64,000 nucleotides of DNA from Thermodesulfobacteriota bacterium (lineage in GTDB: Bacteria; Desulfobacterota_D; UBA1144; Nemesobacterales; Nemesobacteraceae). The translations under genes and the position numbers were made by a program. Location: positions 1,399,904-1,463,903 of the forward strand of contig OZ252213.1 of assembly GCA_965249045.1 (NCBI GenBank), written 5' to 3'. Below, one piece after another: positions 39,133 through 47,229 of this stretch; position 1 is the first letter of the stretch, and each line of letters begins with the position of its first letter. The notes below the pieces were generated by a model, which did not search any database, was not told the origin of the DNA, and was given only the letters and a program-made list of their open reading frames with translations.

Positions 39133-40368
39133 ATGGGTTTCGTAGAATCTCTTAAATGCAAGGAATGCGGCGAGCTTTATCCCAAGGAACCGAAGCATGT
39201 ATGTGAGATGTGTTTCGGTCCTCTCGAAGCTGTATACAACTACGATGAGATAAAAAAGCATATCTCAAGGAAAGAAATAGCTTCCCGTCCGCAGAACATA
39301 TGGAGATACAAGGAACTTCTCCCCCTTGACTCCGAACCCACTCTCGGAACCCAGGTAGGGTACACTCCGCTTGTGCGAGCAAGAAATCTGGCCGAGGCGC
39401 TTGGGGTTTCGGAAATCTACGTGAAAAACGACGCGGTCTGCTACCCCACCCTTTCTTTTAAGGACAGGGTCGTATCCGTAGCCCTCTCAAAAGCAAAAGA
39501 GTTCGGATTCGAGACGATTGGCTGTGCATCCACGGGGAATTTAGCAAACTCCGTATCCTCGATTTCCGCTGCAGGAAATCTAAAAAGCTTCATATTAATT
39601 CCCCACGACCTTGAACAATCGAAAATACTCAACACCATAGTCTACGGAGCGAATCTTATAGGCGTAAGAGGCGCTTACGACGATGTAAACAGGCTCTGCA
39701 GCGAAATAGCCGACAAATACAACTGGGCTTTCGTGAACATAAACATGAGGCCCTATTATTCCGAAGGTTCCAAGTCATACGCGTTTGAAGTAATGGAACA
39801 ACTCGGATGGAAAGCCCCCAAGCACATAGTGGTTCCGATGGCAAGCGGTTCTCTCCTCACCAAGGTCTGGAAAGCCATAAAGGAATTTGAGTTGCTCGGA
39901 ATCGTGGAACCTCAGGGTTCAAAAATATACGGCGCCCAGGCAACGGGATGTTCGCCCATATCAACCGCATTTAAAAACGACTGGGAGACGTTCAAACCGG
40001 TAAAACCGGACACTATAGCGAAATCCCTCGCCATTGGTACTCCGGCCGACGGCTACTACGCAATGAATATAATAAGGGAAAGCGGTGGAGTAGCGGAAGA
40101 CGTAAGCGATGCGGAAATAGTGGACGCGATAGAGCTTCTTGCGAGGACCGAAGGCATTTACACCGAGACCGCGGGAGGAGTAACGCTCGGGGTAACGAAA
40201 AAGCTGATAGAAGAGGAAAAGATTCCCCGCGATGAGCCAATAGTGGTATCAATAACTGGAAACGGTCTTAAAACCCAGGATGCCGTTGAGGGAAGGCTTG
40301 GAAAGCCCCAGGTGATAGATCCTACTCTTGAGGACTTTGAAGAGCTTTACAGCAGTAAAAAACTGTAG
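39133..40368 (+). CDS. thrC: Threonine synthase-like PLP enzyme (fold type II) with an N-terminal zinc-ribbon
   Basis: SFKDRV lysine motif, a Gly-rich PLP loop and ThrC-like length (411 aa). The N-terminus carries CKECGELY...CEMCFGPL. I cannot distinguish a true ThrC from a ThrC-paralogous sulfhydrylase by eye. Confidence 0.8.
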   Translation: MGFVESLKCKECGELYPKEPKHVCEMCFGPLEAVYNYDEIKKHISRKEIASRPQNIWRYKELLPLDSEPTLGTQVGYTPLVRARNLAEALGVSEIYVKNDAVCYPTLSFKDRVVSVALSKAKEFGFETIGCASTGNLANSVSSISAAGNLKSFILIPHDLEQSKILNTIVYGANLIGVRGAYDDVNRLCSEIADKYNWAFVNINMRPYYSEGSKSYAFEVMEQLGWKAPKHIVVPMASGSLLTKVWKAIKEFELLGIVEPQGSKIYGAQATGCSPISTAFKNDWETFKPVKPDTIAKSLAIGTPADGYYAMNIIRESGGVAEDVSDAEIVDAIELLARTEGIYTETAGGVTLGVTKKLIEEEKIPRDEPIVVSITGNGLKTQDAVEGRLGKPQVIDPTLEDFEELYSSKKL

Positions 40369-40443
40369 TGTTACGTGTTATAGTCATTGGTATATGGTGG
40401 GTAGCAAAATTTTAGTAAACCAAGAGAAAAACGGGAGAAAAAC

Positions 40444-40716
40444 ATGGTATCGGTAAGAATTCCAACCCCTCTTAGAAAACTCTCAGGAGACAGAGACGAG
40501 CTTGAGATAGAAGCATCCACGGTATCCGTTCTCATAGAAGAACTCGAGAGCGAATGTCCTGGCATAAAGAACAGACTCTGTGATGAGAGCGGAAACGTAA
40601 GAAGATTCATAAATCTCTACGTGAACAATGAAGACATAAGGTTTCTTGACGGAGTGGACACGAAACTTAACGACGGAGATGTCGTATCAATTATTCCGGC
40701 AATAGCCGGAGGATGA
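40444..40716 (+). CDS. MoaD/ThiS-family sulfur-carrier protein (C-terminal ...AGG)
   Basis: 90 aa, with a beta-grasp-like sequence ending in GlyGly-stop. It lies 75 bp downstream of the thrC-like gene on the same strand. Confidence 0.7.
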   Translation: MVSVRIPTPLRKLSGDRDELEIEASTVSVLIEELESECPGIKNRLCDESGNVRRFINLYVNNEDIRFLDGVDTKLNDGDVVSIIPAIAGG

Positions 40717-40766
40717 GTCGGGGACACACGGCAAGAGCTTTAAGAGTATTAGATAATACTTTAGGT

Positions 40767-41846
40767 TTAGTGAATTAATTCTTTTATTTTATTTAAGTAT
40801 TTCTCGATCAAAGGTTCTTTTCTTCCGTTGTAGCTTCCGGCAAATTCCATTAAAGCTTCCTTCTGTTTTCTGGTGAGTTTCTGCGGTATTACCACTTTTA
40901 CCACAACGTATTGATCGCCAAGACTCCCGGATTCCACGTCCACAAGCCCCTTTCCTCTAAGCTTGAAGGTTTGTTCCGGCTGCGTTCCGGCGGGGATTTT
41001 CATCTTGGTGGTACCCTTTAGAATCGGAACGTCTACCTCATCTCCAAGAGCCGCCTGAGTAAAGCTTATCGGAAACTCGCACACGATGTCGTTTCCGTCC
41101 CGTCTGAAAATGGGGTGTTCCCTTACCATTACCTGTATGTAGAGATCTCCCGGAGGACCTCCACGTGCTCCAGGTTCCCCTTCCCCCCTTATGACAAGCC
41201 TCATTCCACTGGAAATCCCGGCGGGTATGTTGACCTTTACCGCCTTCTCGGTGTATGAAAGGCCGGATCCCCGGCAACTTCTACAGGGATTCGTTATAAT
41301 TTTTCCGCTTCCCCCACACGAAGGGCAACCCTGGCTTATTGAAAACGGACCTTGGGAAAAAGCAACCGATCCTCTTCCTCCGCAACGATCACAAACTGAC
41401 TCTCCTCCAACCGCAGCTCCGGAACCAGAGCAATCATCACAGAGTTTTCTTTTCCTGATTTTTACTTCTCTCTGAGTCCCAAACGCAGCTTCATCAAAAT
41501 CCACTTCAAGGTTGTACTGCAGAGTCTCTCCTTGCCGGCCCCTGCTCCTGCCCATTCCTCCCGTGAAAACGTCATCGAAGAGATCGCCGAAAATATCGCT
41601 GAACCCCGAAAAACCGCCCATGCCGTCACCCGACATCTGGCCGAAACTGTCATAACGAGCCCTCTTATCCCTGTCGTTAAGCACTTGGTAGGCCTCGTTT
41701 ATTTCCTTGAACTTTTCTTCGGCATTCTTATCCTCGGGGTTGCGGTCCGGATGGTACTTGAAGGCAAGATCCTTGTAGGAACTTTTTATATCTTCGGGGG
41801 AAGCGTTTTTCTCAACAGCAAGTATTTCGTAGTAGTTTTTAGCCAT
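40767..41846 (-). CDS. dnaJ: Chaperone DnaJ (full-length, with zinc-finger repeats)
   Basis: J domain with HPD, a G/F region and four CxxCxGxG repeats (CDDCSGSG, CDRCGGRG, CPSCGGSG, CRSCRGSG). Confidence 0.95.
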   Translation of the reverse strand: MAKNYYEILAVEKNASPEDIKSSYKDLAFKYHPDRNPEDKNAEEKFKEINEAYQVLNDRDKRARYDSFGQMSGDGMGGFSGFSDIFGDLFDDVFTGGMGRSRGRQGETLQYNLEVDFDEAAFGTQREVKIRKRKLCDDCSGSGAAVGGESVCDRCGGRGSVAFSQGPFSISQGCPSCGGSGKIITNPCRSCRGSGLSYTEKAVKVNIPAGISSGMRLVIRGEGEPGARGGPPGDLYIQVMVREHPIFRRDGNDIVCEFPISFTQAALGDEVDVPILKGTTKMKIPAGTQPEQTFKLRGKGLVDVESGSLGDQYVVVKVVIPQKLTRKQKEALMEFAGSYNGRKEPLIEKYLNKIKELIH

Positions 41847-41873
41847 TTTAGAATTAGGGAGCGGGAGTTTTCG

Positions 41874-42476
41874 TCAGTCTTTTTCTTCAGAATCTTCCTC
41901 GGAGGTTTTTTCAGCACCTTGAGACACGGATACCATTGAGGGTCTTAGCAATCTTCCGTTAAGAAGATAGCCTTTCTGGACCTCTGAGATTATGGTGCCA
42001 CTTTCGTAAGTTTCCGAGTGCTCCTTGTAAACAGCTTCGTGGTAACTTGGGTCAAAACCAGTTCCCTCGCTTGAGTCTATCGGTGTAACGCCGAAGTTTC
42101 CTAGACCCGCCAGAAATTGCGCGTGAACAAGCTTTATTCCATCAAGAAAAGCTACGAAGTCTGTTTTTTCGCCAAGCAATTCTCCAGAAAGCTCAATAGC
42201 TCTTTCAATGTTGTCAAGAACGAAAAGCAGCTCCTTTAACTTCTGCGCGTTTCCGAAATCAAGTATTTCCTGCTTTTCCCTCGCAAGTCTTTTTTTGTAG
42301 TTATCAAAATCGGCCGAAAGCCTTAAATACTTCTCCCTCAAGGCTTCGAGTTCAGCGAAGGAGTCTTCCTCTATCTCTTTTTCTTGTCCGTCAGTACCGG
42401 GAGGTTCGGGCTCTTGCAGATCCTCAGCGCCGTTTTTCTCTTTCTCTTCAATTTCCGTTATCGTGTTCTCACTCAT
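41874..42476 (-). CDS. grpE: Nucleotide exchange factor GrpE
   Basis: 200 aa with an acidic N-terminus, a coiled coil and a GrpE C-terminal domain. Confidence 0.9.
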   Translation of the reverse strand: MSENTITEIEEKEKNGAEDLQEPEPPGTDGQEKEIEEDSFAELEALREKYLRLSADFDNYKKRLAREKQEILDFGNAQKLKELLFVLDNIERAIELSGELLGEKTDFVAFLDGIKLVHAQFLAGLGNFGVTPIDSSEGTGFDPSYHEAVYKEHSETYESGTIISEVQKGYLLNGRLLRPSMVSVSQGAEKTSEEDSEEKD

Positions 42477-43506
42477 TCCGTAATTCTCCGTTAACCCTCT
42501 TTGTGACCATCTTCGCCGTGTAGTTCACAAGCGGGATGATTCTTGAATAGTCCATTCTAGAGGGGCCGAACACACCTAAACTCCCGTAGCTGTTTCCTTT
42601 GCAGTAAGGTGCCGCCACGAGGCTGAAGCCGCGAGGCATCCCTTTTTCTGAACCTACAAAAACCTTCGAGCTACCATCTTTTACAACCGACTTCAGAAGG
42701 CTGGAAAGAAGTTCCTGATCCTCGAGTATCTCGATTATGGTCTTATAGAGACCGGAATCTCCGAAATCAAGAGACTCAATGACGAAAACCTTTCCTTTTA
42801 TGAATATCCCCGCCTTTCTCTCCCTCTCGAAAAGCTCACTGCTTATTCTAAGCACTTTTTCAAGGATTTCACTGTATTCGGTAGTGGTTCTCTTTATTTT
42901 CTCAAGCACAACCTTGCGCACCTGGTCAATCGTAAGGCCCAGAATCAGTTGATTAAGATAACTCCCTATCCTCTCGACCTGGGAATCCCGAATGGGTTTG
43001 GCAAGCTTTATGTAAGTTTTTTCCGTAAGCCCACCTTCAAAGACCAGAAACAGGAGACATTCCCTGTTTCCCATTTTCAGAAGCTTTGCGGACTTGACTC
43101 TGAGAGTGTTTCTCTGGGGAAGCATCGCGAGACCTGCAAGCTTCGTAAAGTCGGAAAGTATTGAACTTGTAGCGCTTATCACGTGATCAAGCGTGCCGTC
43201 AATCTCTTCATATTTATTCTCAAGGAACCGCAGGCCGACATCCGGTGAGTTTTCCACGTGGAGAATGTTCTCTACGTAATAATTTATTCCCTTCTCCGTG
43301 GGAAGCCTGCCGGAAGAAATATGACTTTGGGTGAGAAAACCCGCTTCCATAAGCGAATTAAGCTCCTGGCGGACCGTGGCCGGAGACCATTTTATATCGT
43401 ATTTCGATATAAGGGTCGAAGAACCGATGGGGCTTCCGGTCTCAATAAAATGATCTACTACAAAGCCCAGAAAAGCCTTGTTTCTTGGAGAGATTGGCTG
43501 TGTCAT
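42469..43506 (-). CDS. hrcA: Heat-inducible transcription repressor HrcA
   Basis: 345 aa with a winged-helix N-terminus (GSPIGSSTLISKY) and HrcA C-domains. It overlaps the grpE start by 8 nt. Confidence 0.9.
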   Translation of the reverse strand: MTQPISPRNKAFLGFVVDHFIETGSPIGSSTLISKYDIKWSPATVRQELNSLMEAGFLTQSHISSGRLPTEKGINYYVENILHVENSPDVGLRFLENKYEEIDGTLDHVISATSSILSDFTKLAGLAMLPQRNTLRVKSAKLLKMGNRECLLFLVFEGGLTEKTYIKLAKPIRDSQVERIGSYLNQLILGLTIDQVRKVVLEKIKRTTTEYSEILEKVLRISSELFERERKAGIFIKGKVFVIESLDFGDSGLYKTIIEILEDQELLSSLLKSVVKDGSSKVFVGSEKGMPRGFSLVAAPYCKGNSYGSLGVFGPSRMDYSRIIPLVNYTAKMVTKRVNGELRNE

Positions 43507-43516
43507 CTATTTCTGA

Positions 43517-43545
43517 AATATAATTTCCGCCTACTGTATTGTCAA
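43517..43545 (-). promoter_or_regulatory. Sigma70-like promoter immediately upstream of hrcA (TTGACA, 17-nt spacer, TATATT). It implies a near-leaderless transcript.
   Basis: Reverse complement of 43517-43545. The -10 ends 10 nt before the hrcA ATG and there is no SD. No CIRCE-like inverted repeat is visible in the 97 bp between hrcA and the IS end. Confidence 0.45.
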
Positions 43546-44665
43546 CGGAATCAAAAGTAAATTCTGCACTTACCAAACTGTCATACAGAATCTCAAATTA
43601 ACTAGTTCCGCTAATTAGTGTCTGCCAGAGAAGCTCTTAACTTCCTGAAATAAAACGAAATAATTATGATTTTCCATGGTGAAGATTGTCCATATACGGT
43701 ACAATTATATCCGAACGATCAACACGCGGGCCTTTTACAAACAATCTTCGGGGGTTTTCCATGAGAAAGATAAAAGAACTGCAGCTTAGTCTCGGCGAAG
43801 TTCCGATCGAGAAGATACGCTTCAATCCCAAGTCAAGAGACGACATTCCCGCCGTACTCAGAGGACTTCAGTACATTTACGTAAACACCAAGACGCGCGA
43901 GGAACTGTTTTCGCTTCTTGAGAAGGAGTTTCTTGCGGAAGTGAATTTTGACGTCGGCCGTCCGGGGATGGACATATGGAGGGTGGTGGTTCTTGGGGTG
44001 TTGAAGCAGGGGCTTGGCTGTGATTACGACCGGCTTCACGAGCTTGCAAACAATCACAGCTCGCTACGCCGGATGCTGGGTCACAGCGACTATTCGGGAG
44101 AGTACGAATACGAGTTGCAGACTATAATGGACAACGTGTTTTTGCTTGAGCCGGAGATGCTCAACAAGATAGGGGAGATAGTGGTGAGGAGCGGTCACGA
44201 GGTCTCAAAAAAAAAGCCTGGAGAAGGGTTGCGGGGGCGGTGTGACTCGTTTCCCGTCAAAACCGACGTTGAATATCCCACGGACGTGAGATTGCTCTGG
44301 GACGCTGTGAGGAGTCTTGTCAAGGCGGTGGCTTCGGCTGCGCGGAGGAACGGGCTTTGGGGGTGGCGTCAGGAAGGCCATCTTCTTGGGAAGGGGAAGA
44401 AGCTGTTTACCGTGGTAAGCACTTCGCGCAGACGCAGGAAGGCTGGGGATGAGGGGGTAAAAGAGTATTTGAGGTTTAGCGAGAACATGGTGAAGCGGGC
44501 GGAGAAGACTCTTTTGGAGCTGGTGAGTGTGAAAGGGCCGCGGTGGTGCATTGACAATATTAACCAGTGGCTGCGTCACTCCCGCAGGCAGATAGACCAG
44601 GTGGAGAGGCGTTTGGTTAAAGGGGAAGCGATACCGCGGGGGGAGAAGGTGTTTTCGGTGTTTGA

Positions 44666-46203
44666 GAGATATATGCAAATCTGGTGTTCAAGGACATGAT
44701 CAAGCGGCGACCTGATCGTCTGTCGTCACCTCCGCTGTTTTCTCTGTTGTCTCTTCGATCCCATCTCTGAACTTCACTCCCGTTATCACTTTCGCCAGGA
44801 AATCAAACCCGTTAATTTTGCGCCAGTTCTTCTCCGCGCACATCCCCAGCTTGAATATCATGTGCAACATGCCCTCGGAACTCAGACAGCCTTTGCAGCG
44901 TCTGGTCCGATGCCGTATTGTGCCGAAGGCCGACTCAATCGGGTTCGTTGTCCGAATGCTCCGCCAGTGGTTGGCGGGAAAGTCGTAAAACGCCAGCAAC
45001 TCCTCCCTGTCCTTCACAAGGCACTGTGCCGCTCTCGGGTACTTGTCTTCATATGTCTTCAAGAACAGATCAAAGGCCCTCTCCGCGTCTTCCTTTGTCT
45101 CCGCCTGCCAGATATCATGCAGCTGCCTCTTGGCCTTGGGCTGGGAGGACTTGGGCAGGTAGTTGAGTACGTTCATCGTTTTGTGCACCCAGCAGCGCTG
45201 CTGACGGGTTTCTCCGTAAACCTCTTCAAGAGCGGGCCAAAACCCAAGCGCTCCATCTCCAACAGCAAGCTTCGGGGCTTCCTTCATCCCACGCCCTTTG
45301 AGATTCACCAATACCTCACGCCAGCTCTGCTTTGATTCTCGCACACCGTCTTCGATAGCCAGGAAGTGCTTCTCCCCACGTTCGTTTACCCCTATGACCA
45401 CCAGCACGCACAACCGAGGGTTATCTCCTCGTATGTTGCTGTATATGCCGTCTACCCATATATACACCCAGCGACCCTCGCTCAAATCCCCGGTCCTCCA
45501 GGTACCGTATTGCTCGGCCCACTGTTTTTTGAGCCGCGACACCGTGCTTTGCGAAAGCCCCCTGGCCTCAGGCCCGATCAGCGCCTCTAGCGCAGGCCCC
45601 ATCTCCCCGGTGGATACTCCCTTCAGATACAGCCAAGGCAAAGCCGCCTCAAGCGTCGCGGCCTTGCGCACATAGGGAGGCACCAATACCGAGTGGAAAG
45701 TGACGGGTTCCCCGTCCTTGGACCTCACCTTGGGAACTCGTACCTTCACGGGACCAATGCCGGTCTGTATCTCCCGCTCGGGCAGGTATCCGTTGCGCAC
45801 AACCGCGACTCTCCCATTGTCCAGAAGACGATCCTCGTATTGCTTGAGGAACTCTTCGAGCTCGCACCGCACGGCTGTGCCGAGAAGAAACCGGGCGCCC
45901 TCTCTCAACATCTCGCTGAGGGGGTCAGCAACCGCCCCGGGGCCTTGAAGCCCGTTTCCCATGTGTCCGTCAAGCTTCAATTCTTTGGCAACCGCTCTCT
46001 GTCTTTCTGAGTGGACAAATTTGCTGAACAGTCCGTTCAATGAATCGATTGTCTCTTTTTGACCTTTGAGGTCAAAAACTTTATCCTTCTTGCCCATAGT
46101 GGCGTATCCTCCTATTGGTTGTTTTTTTGAACTCAAACAACAAATCAACCGGATACGCCGCTTTTTTTCAAATCACTCTGAACACCAGATTTAGTTATAA
46201 CTC
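44666..46203 (-). mobile_element. IS256-family insertion sequence, copy 2 (1538 bp, inverted relative to copy 1), flanked by a 9-bp target-site duplication GGTGTTTGA
   Basis: It shares the same ends as copy 1. The duplication ggtgtttga lies at 44657-44665 and 46204-46212. Confidence 0.9.
44700..46148 (-). CDS. IS256-family (Mutator-type) transposase, identical to 23612..25060
   Basis: The 482-aa translation is identical to the copy 1 transposase. Confidence 0.9.
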   Translation of the reverse strand: MICCLSSKKQPIGGYATMGKKDKVFDLKGQKETIDSLNGLFSKFVHSERQRAVAKELKLDGHMGNGLQGPGAVADPLSEMLREGARFLLGTAVRCELEEFLKQYEDRLLDNGRVAVVRNGYLPEREIQTGIGPVKVRVPKVRSKDGEPVTFHSVLVPPYVRKAATLEAALPWLYLKGVSTGEMGPALEALIGPEARGLSQSTVSRLKKQWAEQYGTWRTGDLSEGRWVYIWVDGIYSNIRGDNPRLCVLVVIGVNERGEKHFLAIEDGVRESKQSWREVLVNLKGRGMKEAPKLAVGDGALGFWPALEEVYGETRQQRCWVHKTMNVLNYLPKSSQPKAKRQLHDIWQAETKEDAERAFDLFLKTYEDKYPRAAQCLVKDREELLAFYDFPANHWRSIRTTNPIESAFGTIRHRTRRCKGCLSSEGMLHMIFKLGMCAEKNWRKINGFDFLAKVITGVKFRDGIEETTEKTAEVTTDDQVAA

Positions 46204-47229
46204 GGTGTTTGAGGAACACACTCGGTGGATAGCGAAGGGCAAGGCGGGAGTGCCGGTTGAGCTTGGGGTTCCGGTGTGCGTGATAGAGGATCAGCACCAG
46301 TTCATACTGAACCACAGGGTGATGTGGAGAGAAGAGGACGTGGATGTGGCGGTACCTTTTATTGAAGAGACCATTGAGAAGTATCCCGGGCTTTTGGCTT
46401 GCAGTTTTGACCGAGGCGCCTGGAGTCCCGGCAACAAGAGCAGGCTTGATGGGATGCTTGAGAGCAGCGTCTTGGCGAAGAAGGGCGGGAAGAGCAAGGC
46501 TGACCGGGAGAGGGAAGAGAGCGAAGAGTTTGTTAAGGGGCGCAGGCGGCACCCCGCCGTGGAGTCGGCGATAAACGCCTTGAACCACAAGGGACTTGGC
46601 AGGGTAAGGGATCATGGGGTGCGGGGGTTCGCCCGGTGCGTTGCTTTGTCGGTGCCGTCGGCCAATGTTCACAGGCTCGGGAAGCTTGTGATGAAGAAAG
46701 AAGAGGAAAGAAGGCGACGAAAACTGAAGCCCAGGTTCCTTGCAGCTGCTTGACCTGCCTGGTTACAGCTTGATTATCCGTTAGAAAAGTAACGAAAACA
46801 GTCCGGTTGCGTTCGATTAAGGTCAGGCCTGCGCTGTTTTTGCAATAATCGCCGCTTTTTATTGCTCTGCGGGGGTTCAAAGCGGTTGCTGCTTGCGATG
46901 TCGCGGAATAATCGCCAAAATAATTGTGAAAAAAGGCTTTTTCTGACAGACACTAATTAAGCGGAATTGCCGGACAATGCTCTTTACAAGCCAAAAACTC
47001 TCACTGTTATTGTTGCTTAAATAGCTTTCTTCGATACCGCGAGAGCAAACCTACCTAGGACACAACTTTCATGGCAAACTCTCGCGAGTTCATATGGAAA
47101 GAATCTTCAGAGCTCAACAATGTTTTAACTGCTATAATTCTTGAAGTAATTCTTGCAGCTGAATGGTCCACATATTTAAAGTTGCAACAATCTTTGACGA
47201 TACGCCGATTATAAATATAATTACCCGAA

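Larger units (their letters stand above)
43686..46753 (+). pseudogene. DDE transposase of the outer IS (ISNCY/IS1202-like), interrupted by IS256 copy 2. The N-terminal part is 43686..44665 and the C-terminal part is 46204..46753.
   Basis: Upstream of the insertion the frame reads ...GEKVFSVFE. Downstream of it, the frame of 46115..46753 reads SVFEEHTRWIAKG.... The two join with a 9-bp target duplication (ggtgtttga, which supplies the repeated VFE residues). The reconstructed protein is about 485 aa. Confidence 0.75.
43606..46966 (+). mobile_element. ISNCY/IS4-like insertion sequence (about 1816 bp of own sequence) carrying the nested IS256 copy 2
   Basis: Imperfect terminal inverted repeats at 43606-43629 (ttccgctaattagtgtctgccaga) and 46942-46966 (reverse complement ttccgcttaattagtgtctgtcaga). 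They bracket a DDE transposase gene that is split by the nested insertion. Confidence 0.7.

Noticed and set aside
40767-43506. Possibility that hrcA-grpE-dnaJ lacks dnaK because of a deletion or the nearby IS insertions
   Set aside because: An hrcA-grpE-dnaJ cluster with dnaK encoded elsewhere is a common natural arrangement. No truncated dnaK remnants are visible between grpE and dnaJ, which are only 27 bp apart.
43507-43605. CIRCE operator upstream of hrcA
   Set aside because: A search for TTAGCACTC-N9-GAGTGCTAA-like inverted repeats found none. The only partial resemblance, ttagtgtct...ctcttaa, belongs to the inverted repeat of the ISNCY-like element.
23557-46203. A composite transposon that mobilised the 19.6-kb block between the two IS256 copies
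   Set aside because: Each IS copy is flanked by its own distinct direct duplication, GAAAAAAT and GGTGTTTGA. These are independent simple insertions, not a unit that transposed with duplications only at the outer ends. The enclosed genes are ordinary core genes.
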